Shown here piece after piece: positions 27,743-36,994 of a DNA stretch of 64,000 nucleotides; the stretch's first letter is position 1, and every line of letters starts with the position of its first letter. Origin of the DNA: Thermoplasmata archaeon (lineage in GTDB: Archaea; Thermoplasmatota; Thermoplasmata; Lutacidiplasmatales; UBA184); contig DATKQS010000024.1 in the NCBI GenBank assembly GCA_035532555.1, forward strand, positions 11,225 through 75,224. The letters run 5' to 3'. The notes below the pieces were generated by a model. It searched no databases. It saw only the letters and a program-made list of their open reading frames with translations, and was not told where the DNA came from. The position numbers and the translations under genes are program-made.

Positions 27743-29007
27743 CGGCTGCTCCATCTTTCTCGAATGGTCCGGATCTCCTCGCTGGTCAGTCCCGGCAGGG
27801 GATTGAGTCCCCTGTAAAGGACCGGTACCGTACCGACCCCCCATGCAATGGCCACTCCGAGAAGGATGGCCCCCGAGAACGGCGCCAACCAACTGGTACC
27901 TACCCATCCTCGGGCGCCCGCCGTTGCGGCGGCGGCCACCCCGGCAACCCATACCACGGAGAGCGCCCAGAGCATGCGTCGGGTCCAGGCGTGGGAGATA
28001 CGCTGGAACGGCGCGATCATCCCGAACCACATGGCCAGGATCATGAGCCCCACGAAGCCCAGGACGTTGACGAGTGCGTGGGCAATGACCAAGGTGTAAT
28101 TCGACTCGGAGACCATCCAGAGGCCGATCGCTCCACCGACCAGAAAGAACGTCGCTCCCATCAGGTGTAGGCCGGCCTCGGCACGACGAGTCCGGGCCCG
28201 CCTCACGAGGATGATCAGCATGGAAACGAACAGGATCCCGAATGCGGCCTCGGGCGCCGCGAAGACGACGATGTCGCCGGTCGGGAGAGGAGGGGTTGCG
28301 AGCATACCGCTGGGAACGAGGATCGCGCCCGCGATGGCGAGGCCGGCGAGCAGGTAGACCAGCGGACGCGAAACGTCTGCGCCCAGGAACCGGGGCACGA
28401 GGCGGAGGCTGACCGCCGTGATGAGGAGAATGACGTGCCCGAGGACGAACAGGTGTACCGCGCCGAGCCACCAGCCATACCCGGGCCCCTCCGCAAATCC
28501 GGAAAGGACGAACATCCCTCCCGCGCTCACCGCTGATGCCCACGAAGCAAGAAAGAGGGGAACCGTGACGGCATCGCCCGGCCGGGCCTCGGGACCGGGA
28601 GTCTCCACCCGGGGTTGAAAGAGTCCGTAGGCGAAGAGACCGGAAACAGTTCCCACGCCGCCCAGGAACAACATCGCCCCGAGGGAGAAGACCCATCCCG
28701 GGATTGGAGGTGAGGTCGCTTCGGAGAGGCCGACGGCCCCGAGGACGAGTCCCCCCTCGGCGAGGAGGAACGCAGCCTGAGCAACCCATGGGGGTGGCTG
28801 GGGTCGCCGAGCGATCGTCGGAAAGAGGTGGAGAGCGAATCCGGCCGTTGTGAACCCGACGAAGCCGATGAGGAGAAGCCAGAGGAGAAAGTCCCAACGC
28901 ACGGTGAGTGCCCCTACTCCCGAGCCCAGCAGCAACACGGCACCTGCCGCCGCGAGATGGACCAGAGCTGAGGTGAGAAACTGACGGGAAACAGCGGAGA
29001 GTGGCAC
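27739..29007 (-). CDS. Multi-TM membrane protein (NnrS/heme-copper-oxidase-like)
   Basis: Repeated TM units 'LIGFVG...G...HLFP', 'VHLFVLG', 'AHALVNVLGFVG'. Confidence 0.65.
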   Translation of the reverse strand: MPLSAVSRQFLTSALVHLAAAGAVLLLGSGVGALTVRWDFLLWLLLIGFVGFTTAGFALHLFPTIARRPQPPPWVAQAAFLLAEGGLVLGAVGLSEATSPPIPGWVFSLGAMLFLGGVGTVSGLFAYGLFQPRVETPGPEARPGDAVTVPLFLASWASAVSAGGMFVLSGFAEGPGYGWWLGAVHLFVLGHVILLITAVSLRLVPRFLGADVSRPLVYLLAGLAIAGAILVPSGMLATPPLPTGDIVVFAAPEAAFGILFVSMLIILVRRARTRRAEAGLHLMGATFFLVGGAIGLWMVSESNYTLVIAHALVNVLGFVGLMILAMWFGMIAPFQRISHAWTRRMLWALSVVWVAGVAAAATAGARGWVGTSWLAPFSGAILLGVAIAWGVGTVPVLYRGLNPLPGLTSEEIRTIRERWSSR

Positions 29008-29138
29008 GCCTCGCTAAGCGCTGGCGGACCTATATTCTCCGCTAGGCCCGCTCCGTGTCTCCGCCCTGACCCTCCAGCCTGCGCCGCACACGATGCTCTT
29101 GGACGTGCGTCGGTTCAGGGGCGACAGCGCTCTTTCGA

Positions 29139-29220
29139 CCCGTAGAACTTCGATTGTGCAGATCGGCGTCGGAAGAGACTACGGACCACCACACGGATCG
29201 CTGGCCATTCGCGTCCGTCA
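29139..29220. repeat. Left-arm repeat, copy 2, immediately downstream of the ABCE1 stop
   Basis: About 87% identical to 2228-2309. Confidence 0.9.
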
Positions 29221-30996
29221 TCAGGAAAGTGGTTCGTAGTAGTACTCGCCCGCCGACCGCTGCTCTCGATCGAGGGCCGAGCCTTCCTGGTTGATCCGCG
29301 GGCGTAGGGTTTCCGCGTCGCGGCGGAAGGTGATGTCGATGTTCCGCAGGAGGCGGTTCATCCCCTCCCGCATCGGAAAGGGGCCCTCGCCCAGACCGGC
29401 GGCGCCCGCATCGCGGGAGGAGAAGACCATCAACGCGTCGCACGCGATGTCGAGGAAGTACACGTCGTGGTCCACGACGAGGGCCGACATCGCTTGGCGT
29501 TCCACCTGGCGTCGGATCAGGCGCGCCATGGACATGCGCTCGTCGGCGTCCAGATAAGCGGAGGGCTCGTCCAGAAGATAGAGTTGCGCGGGGCGCGCGA
29601 GGGCGAGCGCCACGGCCGCCCGTTGGAGCTCTCCGCCCGAGAGATCGGGGAGCGCGACGTCGAGCACCTCGTCCAGGTGAAGGCCGGGAACCAAGTCGCG
29701 CTCGAAGAGCGCCGCGTCGAACGTCGGATCGGCCGCGAGGGCCACCATCCGCTCGCGTAGGCTCGCCTTGTGGGTCGCGCGGAGGTACTGCGGCTTGTAA
29801 CTGACGGTCACCGAGGCCGGAGGTGCGCCCCGGGTGGGGGATTCGACCCCGGCGAGCATGCGGACGAAGGTGGTCTTGCCGGTGGCGTTCGGCCCGACGA
29901 TTCCCACGGTCTCCCCCTTCGCGAGGCTCCCGGCGCCGACGGAGAGATGGAACTTCGGGAACTCTTTCTCGAGTGGGGGAAACGACACGATCGCATCGAG
30001 GCGGGTCGTGGGCTTGGGCGGATGCGCGACGAAGCGGATCGGGTCCGTGCGGAAGCGGACGTTCTCCTCCCGCAGGTAGCCCTGAAGGTAGGTGTTGATC
30101 GCGGTGCGCATGGGCATCGCGCGCGTGATGACCCCGAAGGCCGAGGACTCCCCGTACAGCAGATGCGCCTGGTCGGCGAGGTAGTCGAGCAGCGCGAGGT
30201 CGTGTTCGATCACGAGAACGCTCTTGCGCTCGCCGAGGCGGCGCAACGTCCGCGCGATCTGGAGGCGATGGACGATGTCGAGGTACCCCGAGGGCTCGTC
30301 AAAGAGGTAGAGATCGGCCTCGGTGGCGAGCGTCCGCGCGATCGCGGCGAGCTGGAGCTCTCCGCCCGAGAGCTCGGAAAGAGGTCGTTCGGCCCTCGCG
30401 CTCAGCCCGACCGAGTCGAGGGCCGGGGCGGCCTCGCCTCCGCCGGCCGCCACATACGCTTCCGCGGTCATCGGCTCATCCGCGATCCGATCCACGTACT
30501 GCGGCTTCACCACCGTGCGCAACTCGCCCCGAGCGATCTTCTGGAAGTGGGCGTGCAGGGTTGTCCCGCGGTAATGCTCGACGACGGCCTCCCACTCCGG
30601 ACGCTTCGTGTAGTCTCCGAGATTGGGGATCTCGACACCGGCGAGAATCCGGAGCGCCGTGGACTTCCCGGTTCCGTTCGGACCCAGGAGTCCCGTGATC
30701 CCCTTGCTGGGAGGCGCGGGGAGCCGGTAGAGGCGGAACCCGTTGTAGCCGTACCGGTGCACGATCTCCGATTCGTCCGCCTCGGGGGTGTTGAGGATCT
30801 TGATCGCGTCGAACGGGCACTTGTGGATGCAGATCCCGCAACCGATGCACAGGGTCTCGGAGATGATCGGCTTGCCGGTGGGCCCCTCGACGATGCAGGC
30901 CTGCCCCATTCGGTTCACCGGGCAGTACTCCGCGCACTCCCACTGGCACTCCTTGGGGTGACAGCGGTCGTTCAGCAGGATGGCGATCCGGCTCAT
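29221..30996 (-). CDS. rli: Ribosome recycling ATPase ABCE1 (RNase L inhibitor)
   Basis: N-terminal Fe-S domain (C.PK.C..EC..YCP, CIGCGIC..KCP), two ABC cassettes, C-terminal 'TFRRD...RPRIN...S..D.EQ...GEYYY'. Confidence 0.97.
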   Translation of the reverse strand: MSRIAILLNDRCHPKECQWECAEYCPVNRMGQACIVEGPTGKPIISETLCIGCGICIHKCPFDAIKILNTPEADESEIVHRYGYNGFRLYRLPAPPSKGITGLLGPNGTGKSTALRILAGVEIPNLGDYTKRPEWEAVVEHYRGTTLHAHFQKIARGELRTVVKPQYVDRIADEPMTAEAYVAAGGGEAAPALDSVGLSARAERPLSELSGGELQLAAIARTLATEADLYLFDEPSGYLDIVHRLQIARTLRRLGERKSVLVIEHDLALLDYLADQAHLLYGESSAFGVITRAMPMRTAINTYLQGYLREENVRFRTDPIRFVAHPPKPTTRLDAIVSFPPLEKEFPKFHLSVGAGSLAKGETVGIVGPNATGKTTFVRMLAGVESPTRGAPPASVTVSYKPQYLRATHKASLRERMVALAADPTFDAALFERDLVPGLHLDEVLDVALPDLSGGELQRAAVALALARPAQLYLLDEPSAYLDADERMSMARLIRRQVERQAMSALVVDHDVYFLDIACDALMVFSSRDAGAAGLGEGPFPMREGMNRLLRNIDITFRRDAETLRPRINQEGSALDREQRSAGEYYYEPLS

Positions 30997-30999
30997 CGC

Positions 31000-31704
31000 T
31001 CACTCCTCCCGACGATCGTCGACGACCCGGCCGTCCCGCATCGTGATGTGCCGGTGGGAGCGGGCCGCCACCTCCGGATTGTGGGTGACGGTCACGACGG
31101 TCGCGCCGGAAGCGGATCCGACCGAGTCGATCAGGGCGAGGACGGTCTCCGTCGCTGCGCTGTCGAGCTCCCCGGTCGGCTCATCCGCGAGCAAGAGGCC
31201 CGGACGGTTCGCGAGCGCCCTCGCGATCGCGACGCGCTGTTCCTCTCCGCCGGAGAGCTGATGCGGGAACGAGCCCGCGCGGGGAGCGAGACCTACCTCC
31301 TCGAGGAGCTCGTCCGCCCGGTGGGCACGCTCGGCCCGGTCCACACCGGCGGCGCGCATGGGCAGTTCGATGTTCTCGCGGGCGGTCATCGTGGGGAGTA
31401 GGTAGAAGCGCTGAAAGATGAATCCAATCCCCGTCAGGCGCAGGTGGGCCCGCTCTCGCTCGGAGCGCCCTCCGACGGGCCGTCCGTTCCACCGGACCTC
31501 TCCGGCGGTCGGGGTGTCAAGCAGCCCGAGCATGTTCATCAGCGTCGTCTTTCCGCATCCGCTCGGGCCCGCGACGCTGACCCGCTCCCCGGGTTCGAGG
31601 GTCAAGGAGATGTCTCGGAGGGCATCGACAGGGGTCGTCGAAGGAAGGTAACGCTTCCACACCCGGACGATCTCGATGGTCGGAGCCGGGCTCAGCGGGT
31701 TCAT
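31000..31704 (-). CDS. ABC transporter ATP-binding protein (LolD/MacB-type)
   Basis: GPSGCGKTT, LSGGEEQR, LADEPTG. Confidence 0.95.
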   Translation of the reverse strand: MNPLSPAPTIEIVRVWKRYLPSTTPVDALRDISLTLEPGERVSVAGPSGCGKTTLMNMLGLLDTPTAGEVRWNGRPVGGRSERERAHLRLTGIGFIFQRFYLLPTMTARENIELPMRAAGVDRAERAHRADELLEEVGLAPRAGSFPHQLSGGEEQRVAIARALANRPGLLLADEPTGELDSAATETVLALIDSVGSASGATVVTVTHNPEVAARSHRHITMRDGRVVDDRREE

Positions 31705-32954
31705 CGCAGCGCCTCCACGATGTCCAGGCGCATCGCCGAGCGCGCGGCGAGGCCGCTCGCGAGGCAGGCGAGCGCCAGCACGCCGGCCGCGATCAAGCCG
31801 AGCAGGATCGGGTCGTACGTCGCGAGCGACGCGGCCTGCTTCACGGCGCCCGTCCCGTACGCCGCGAGGATCGAGATCACGATCACCCCGAGCGCCGTAC
31901 CGCCGACGATCCCGGCCGCCGCGAGAGCCTCTCCGCGGGCGAGAATGCCGACCGCTATCCAGCGGGGCGGCAGACCGAGGGCCCGGCGGATCCCGATCGA
32001 ACGACGCTCCGACTCCACGCGCCGGATGAGGACGATGGCGAGAAAGATGAGCCCGACCGCAAGACCCACGGAGGACAGGGCCAGATAGAACCCGGTCAGG
32101 ATCGCGTTGGCGTTCTCGAGTTGCTGCGCCTGCTGCAGCTGGGTGGTGACGCCGTAGTACGGGACGAGCGACTGGATCTGAGCGGCGACCGCATTGATCT
32201 GGGACGGATCGTTCTCGGCGGTCCCGCTCAGAGCGACCTGGACCGTGTCCGAGGCGTCGAGGAGGGAGGAGGGAGTCGCGCTCGTCCGCGCCCAGCCCGT
32301 CAGCACTTGGAGATCGGACAGGGGAACGATCACGGCGAACGCCCCGGTCGGGCCCAGAAGGGATGGCGGGACTCCGAACACCCCGGTGACGCGGTAGGCG
32401 GTACCGAGGCTCTGATTCGCGGAGGGCGACAGCACGATCGACTGGCCGACCCGGATGCCCGACGCGGCCTCGAACGGGGTGGAGATGAGGACATCGAGGG
32501 TCGTCGGCCCCGCGTACGTCCCGTTGGCGTAGTGGATCAGGTCGGTCGGATCGCCGAGCGGCAGCGGAGACGGAAACAGGCCGGCCTCGGATGGGCCGAG
32601 GGTCGGAGTGAACTGATCGGGGATGACCCCCTCCGCCAGCACCGCGGTCGGGGTGATGCCTCCGGCGTAGATGTCGATCGGAACGCTGAGCACCGGGGAG
32701 GAGGCCGCGACGCGCGGGATCGCATTGAACTCCGAAACGAGCCCATGGGACAACGAGACCCCGTGCATCCCGGCCGACGACACCGAGATCACGTACCCGG
32801 TTTGCTGCAACTGGGCAATCTCGTGCGCCGACACTCCTCCGCCCACCGATACGAGGATCACGGGGAGGGCTACCGCGACCGCGATCGCGATCGCGGCGAG
32901 CACGATCTGTAGGCGGGAGTGGCGGGTCGGGCTCCGCCAGGAGATCGATCTCAT
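31701..32954 (-). CDS. ABC transporter permease (FtsX/MacB-type)
   Basis: TM, large extracellular domain, three TMs; 'ERRSIGIRRALG'. Confidence 0.9.
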   Translation of the reverse strand: MRSISWRSPTRHSRLQIVLAAIAIAVAVALPVILVSVGGGVSAHEIAQLQQTGYVISVSSAGMHGVSLSHGLVSEFNAIPRVAASSPVLSVPIDIYAGGITPTAVLAEGVIPDQFTPTLGPSEAGLFPSPLPLGDPTDLIHYANGTYAGPTTLDVLISTPFEAASGIRVGQSIVLSPSANQSLGTAYRVTGVFGVPPSLLGPTGAFAVIVPLSDLQVLTGWARTSATPSSLLDASDTVQVALSGTAENDPSQINAVAAQIQSLVPYYGVTTQLQQAQQLENANAILTGFYLALSSVGLAVGLIFLAIVLIRRVESERRSIGIRRALGLPPRWIAVGILARGEALAAAGIVGGTALGVIVISILAAYGTGAVKQAASLATYDPILLGLIAAGVLALACLASGLAARSAMRLDIVEALR

Positions 32955-34258
32955 GGCGCGCGCAGCTCCTCGGCGATCGGCAGCTGCATTGCCCGGGCGG
33001 CCGGCGCGATGCCGGCGACGAGGCCTATCGCGACGACGATCGCGACGCCTGTCCCGATCACCCCGAAATCGAAGGAGACGAAGGAGAACCCGGCCGGGAG
33101 CCCGCTGACTCGCTGGAGCAGGATGATGTTGAGCGCGTTGGTGGCGAGGAAGGCGAGCGGCAATCCGATCGCGAGACCGATGAGGGAGAGGAGGACCGAT
33201 TCCTCCACGACCATCCGCCCGACGGAGGCTCGCGTGTGGCCGATCGCGCGACGCAGCGCGATCTCCCGGGAGCGATCGTCAACGCTCATCAGGACGACGG
33301 TGGTCGTGAACAGCGCCGCCACCACGAGACCGATCGCGCCGACGATCTCCCCGAACGTGCGGTAGAGCGAGACCGCGTCCTGGATGGCCCCCAGGATGCT
33401 CTGGAGCGTGAAGACGCTCAGTTGGGGGAACGCTCCTGCGATCCGGGTCGCGTCCGCGGATGGATTGGATGCGTTGTATAGGTGGATGAGGATCAGCGAG
33501 GCGTAGTCCGTCGACGCGTGCGCGCTTCCGAGCATCGTCTGGAGCTCGGAGAGGTAGAAGAACCCGAGGAACGCCGATGGCAGAAGCCAGAAGGGCCCCG
33601 AGATGCCGACGACCCGGAACCCCGTCGCCTGAGCATACCATCCTTGCACCTGCGTGGGACCCGAGGCAGACGATGGGCTCGCCCACACGAGGTCGCCCAC
33701 GTCCACATGCATCACCGACGCGAGGCCCTGATCGAGCACGACCTCGCCGGTCGCGGGGCCGTTGTACGTCCCGTTCGCGTAGTGGGGATCTCCGGGGTAG
33801 GTGAACCCGGGTCCGGAGTAGAGCGTCGGGACCTCGATCCCGGTGTTGTCGGAGGGAATCCAGCCCACGGATCCCGATCCGGTCAGGGCCCACGCGCTCG
33901 GGATCGCGCTGCCGTTTTGAGAGCTGTTCGCGGCGGCCCATAATGACGCATTCCCGAACACGAGATCGCTGAGGAGCCACGGGCTCGCGACCTCGACGTT
34001 GGAGTCGGTCGCCGGGATCTGCTTCGAGAGGGGGTGCGCCTGCAGGATGGGGGGGAAGGTCGACGAGGAGAGGCTCGTGTTCGCGCTCGTCGAGAGCAGA
34101 TCGATGCCGCTCGATGTGGCCAGCTGGGTCGAGTTCGTCTGGATGCCCGAGGAAAGGGCGAGGAGGAGGACGACCAGTGCGGCCGCAAGACCGATGCCGA
34201 GCGACGCCAGGCTCGAGCGACCGGGTCTTCGCCGGATCGCATCGAAGGCCGGGTGCAC
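32951..34258 (-). CDS. ABC transporter permease (FtsX/MacB-type)
   Basis: 'DRSREIALRRAIG'; paralog of the neighbouring permease (shared HYANGTY.GP). Confidence 0.9.
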   Translation of the reverse strand: MHPAFDAIRRRPGRSSLASLGIGLAAALVVLLLALSSGIQTNSTQLATSSGIDLLSTSANTSLSSSTFPPILQAHPLSKQIPATDSNVEVASPWLLSDLVFGNASLWAAANSSQNGSAIPSAWALTGSGSVGWIPSDNTGIEVPTLYSGPGFTYPGDPHYANGTYNGPATGEVVLDQGLASVMHVDVGDLVWASPSSASGPTQVQGWYAQATGFRVVGISGPFWLLPSAFLGFFYLSELQTMLGSAHASTDYASLILIHLYNASNPSADATRIAGAFPQLSVFTLQSILGAIQDAVSLYRTFGEIVGAIGLVVAALFTTTVVLMSVDDRSREIALRRAIGHTRASVGRMVVEESVLLSLIGLAIGLPLAFLATNALNIILLQRVSGLPAGFSFVSFDFGVIGTGVAIVVAIGLVAGIAPAARAMQLPIAEELRAP

Positions 34259-34274
34259 GGCTACCTCGCCCGAC

Positions 34275-35183
34275 CTACGACTCCGATGGTCGACGGAGCT
34301 CGCCGAACGTCGTCTCGTGCGAGGATTCGACGTTGTACTTGTGGATCGACTCTTCGCTGACGGTTCCTACGCGCACGACGACGTGGTCCGGTATCTTGGG
34401 AAACCGGGCGGGGAGATCGGCGAGCAGATCGCGCATCACGTCCTCGACGAACTTCGGATTGCGGTGGGCGTTCAGGACGAGCTGGGCCTCGTCTCCGCGC
34501 TTGAGGATCGCGTAGGTCGGCGAGGACTGGGCGTGCTCGATTGCCTCCAACAGATGCGTGGCATCGACCTCGATCCCCGGTGGGAGCTCGAACAATAGAC
34601 GCGTGCGGTTGCGCTGGTTGTGGGTGATCATCGGCAGACCCTTCAGCGAAGGATCCGCCAGCAGCGGGTACTCGGCCGTCAGGCGCTCGCGGCACGTCTC
34701 CATCGCGCAGGGACACGCCGTCATCCCGACGGCCTCGGCGCCGATGCCCCGGGTCAGGGTCACCTGGCCGTCGGCCCCCCGGTGGGCGCGGGTCTCGGCG
34801 AGGATGGTGAAATCCTCGAAGCTCTCTCGCCCCGGAGCGATCCCCTTCCTGAGGAAGAACTCCGCCTCCGCACTGACGGTCGCGTCGTTCGCGTATTGGT
34901 GCCGTACGAGGAGCTCCTCGGCGATCTTGGCGCACGCGGCCTCGAAGCTCTCCACGGGCTTCTGCGCGGTCCAGTCGACGATCTCCGCCAGGAGCTCCGC
35001 GTTCCGAGAGAGATCGGATCCCTTGCGGTGGGCCGGAAGGTCGACCGCGACGCTGAAGCTCGCGCTGAGGACGTGGTCGATCCCGTCGCGGATGACGTGG
35101 ATCGGTTTGCGGATCCCGGTGATCCCGACCTGGCGGAGCTCGTACCGCCCGCGCGTCGGCGCCATCGCGTGGACGTCCTTCAT
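34275..35183 (-). CDS. mptA: GTP cyclohydrolase, MptA/FolE2 family
   Basis: 'VDLPAHRKG...SR', 'GMTACPCA', 'THNQR', 'NPKFVED', 'ESIH'. Confidence 0.9.
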   Translation of the reverse strand: MKDVHAMAPTRGRYELRQVGITGIRKPIHVIRDGIDHVLSASFSVAVDLPAHRKGSDLSRNAELLAEIVDWTAQKPVESFEAACAKIAEELLVRHQYANDATVSAEAEFFLRKGIAPGRESFEDFTILAETRAHRGADGQVTLTRGIGAEAVGMTACPCAMETCRERLTAEYPLLADPSLKGLPMITHNQRNRTRLLFELPPGIEVDATHLLEAIEHAQSSPTYAILKRGDEAQLVLNAHRNPKFVEDVMRDLLADLPARFPKIPDHVVVRVGTVSEESIHKYNVESSHETTFGELRRPSES

Positions 35184-35289
35184 CGGTCGCTCCACGAGAA
35201 GAGGGTCTTTAACTCGTTCCCCCGGCGCTCTAGCACGGACACCCGGCGGGAGTACGCCTTATACGAAGCGTGCCGGTGTACACCTTCGT

Positions 35290-35688
35290 ATGTCCGAAGA
35301 CGTGCCGTCCCCTCCCGTCGCTCCCGCCAGTACACCCGCTTCCGCGCCCGGGGCTTCCCCCGTGGTCACGGGGCAGGGCGGGCTCTACGCGGAACGGGAA
35401 GCGAAACTCGTCGCCGAACTCAAGAAGATCTACGACCCGGAGATCCCGATGAACATCGTCGATCTCGGCCTCATCTACGGGTTCGATTGGACGGGCGATG
35501 ATGTCGTCCTCCGAATGACCCTGACCGCGCCCGGCTGCCCGGTCGCCGGGATCCTCGCCGACGAGATCAAGGCCGCGATGGAGAAAGTGCCCGACGTGCA
35601 CTCCGCCAAGGTCGATATGATCTGGGATCCCCCCTGGACGCCGGACCGGATGAGCGACTTCGCGAAACGCCAGTTCGGATACGCGTGA
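35290..35688 (+). CDS. DUF59 (SufT/MIP18) Fe-S assembly protein
   Basis: 'IYDPEIPMNIVDLGLIY...MTLTAPGCP...WDPPW'. Confidence 0.9.
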   Translation: MSEDVPSPPVAPASTPASAPGASPVVTGQGGLYAEREAKLVAELKKIYDPEIPMNIVDLGLIYGFDWTGDDVVLRMTLTAPGCPVAGILADEIKAAMEKVPDVHSAKVDMIWDPPWTPDRMSDFAKRQFGYA

Positions 35689-35735
35689 TCCCCCCGGCGA
35701 ACCGTTAAGGCAGCCGACCGGTCGGACAGGCTCGC

Positions 35736-36422
35736 ATGCCCGGAATCGAGAGCGAGTGGCGCAAGGCTATCGAGGAGGAGCGCGCGCTCAAGGACGAGTT
35801 CATGGCCCGTCATACGGAGTCACCGTTCGTGGCCGAACGGGTTCCCTTCAACCCTCTGAACTACTTTCCGGTCGACGCCAAGTACCGCCTGCCGGCGCGG
35901 CTCGAGCGCCGAGCGACCCCCGAGGAGGCGTTCCTGCGCACCAACCGCGACGGTTCCGCCGTCATGCGGTACCTGGGGGACCTGGTCTTCTCCCTGGAAG
36001 GACACCGCCATCGTCTTCGGGTCTACCACGCGGGGGAGGGAGTAGGGACGAGCGTCTTCGTACCGTTCCGCGACCGCACGAGCGGAAAGGAGTCCTACGG
36101 ACCGGGACGCTACCTCGTCTTCACCTTGACAGAAGACGACCGCTACGATCTCGATTTCAACGCCGCGTTCAATCCGTACTGTGCGTACACGGACGCCTAC
36201 GAATGTGGCTTCCCGCCCGCCGAGAACGATCTGCCGATCGCCATCCGGGCCGGGGAGAAGGCCTGGTTGAAAGACGCGAACCCGAGCTCGCCCTCCGGCG
36301 CGATCCTCGAGATGACTCGCAGGCAGCTAGCCGCCCGGGCGCGCAAGCCGGCGCCGAAGACGCCGGCCAAGGCCCGACCGCGCCGCGCAACGACGGCGGG
36401 CCGGCGCCGTACTCGCTCCTGA
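35736..36422 (+). CDS. DUF1684 family protein
   Basis: 'FVPFRD.TSG.ESYG.GRYL', 'LDFN.AFNPYCAY...Y.C..PP.EN'. Confidence 0.9.
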   Translation: MPGIESEWRKAIEEERALKDEFMARHTESPFVAERVPFNPLNYFPVDAKYRLPARLERRATPEEAFLRTNRDGSAVMRYLGDLVFSLEGHRHRLRVYHAGEGVGTSVFVPFRDRTSGKESYGPGRYLVFTLTEDDRYDLDFNAAFNPYCAYTDAYECGFPPAENDLPIAIRAGEKAWLKDANPSSPSGAILEMTRRQLAARARKPAPKTPAKARPRRATTAGRRRTRS

Positions 36423-36536
36423 GCGGGAAAGACTCAAGCCACGCCATCGTATTGCAATCGCCGACGGCTGTGGAGTCAGCCGCCGCGCTCACGCGCGGGA
36501 ACCGCCCTCGACGCCAATGACTCCTGGGAGGAGGAA

Positions 36537-36980
36537 ATGGGTGGAGCAAGGCGGAACGTGACACGTGCCGAGCAGAGCGTGTCCTCTGAGAAGATCGCCC
36601 TTTCGGCGGAACTACGCAGGGCGCTTGCGCCTTGGATCGACGTGGACGCAGTGGATGGGGAGGCGTTCGAGGCGTGGCTCTTCACGGTGCTCGCGATCCT
36701 TCCTCGCCCCGACTCACCCGCGGCCGTGAAGGACGGGGATCGGGTCCGGGCTCTCTCTCTCGCGCTCGTCCACGCGGCGCAGGAGCGCGCGGTGAGCCAC
36801 TTTCAAGCGGCCGAATATTTCCGCGACAACCAGATGCTTGCACGACGGGTCAAGGCCTTGGAGGCGATCCTGAGGGCAGCGAAACAGCGGGGATTCGCGA
36901 GCCCGGAGCCCACCGAAGATGCCCTCGGAAGCCGCGCCGCTGCCCGGTACCTGCCTCGCGGGAACGAATCCGAACCGTAG
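36537..36980 (+). CDS. Hypothetical protein
   Basis: Helical/coiled-coil ORF with GGAGG upstream; start uncertain. Confidence 0.55.
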   Translation: MGGARRNVTRAEQSVSSEKIALSAELRRALAPWIDVDAVDGEAFEAWLFTVLAILPRPDSPAAVKDGDRVRALSLALVHAAQERAVSHFQAAEYFRDNQMLARRVKALEAILRAAKQRGFASPEPTEDALGSRAAARYLPRGNESEP

Positions 36981-36994
36981 ACCTCCGTCGGCGC

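Larger units (their letters stand above)
15682..29250. mobile_element. Cassette A: integrase-less island carrying hemerythrin/DUF2249/NnrS-like/Fe-S genes, adjacent to ABCE1
   Basis: Bounded by core repeats at 15682 and 29221; each end arm is shared with a neighbouring cassette; codon usage looks less GC-biased than the core. Confidence 0.75.

Noticed and set aside
2310..29250. CRISPR array interpretation of the three 30-bp repeats
   Set aside because: The spacers are ~13 kb gene cassettes, the repeat is the ABCE1 coding end, and no cas genes are in the window
29770..31401. Long antisense ORFs (e.g. 29770-31401, 50158-52062, 53585-55246, 61925-63355)
   Set aside because: Shadow ORFs opposite well-supported genes in high-GC DNA
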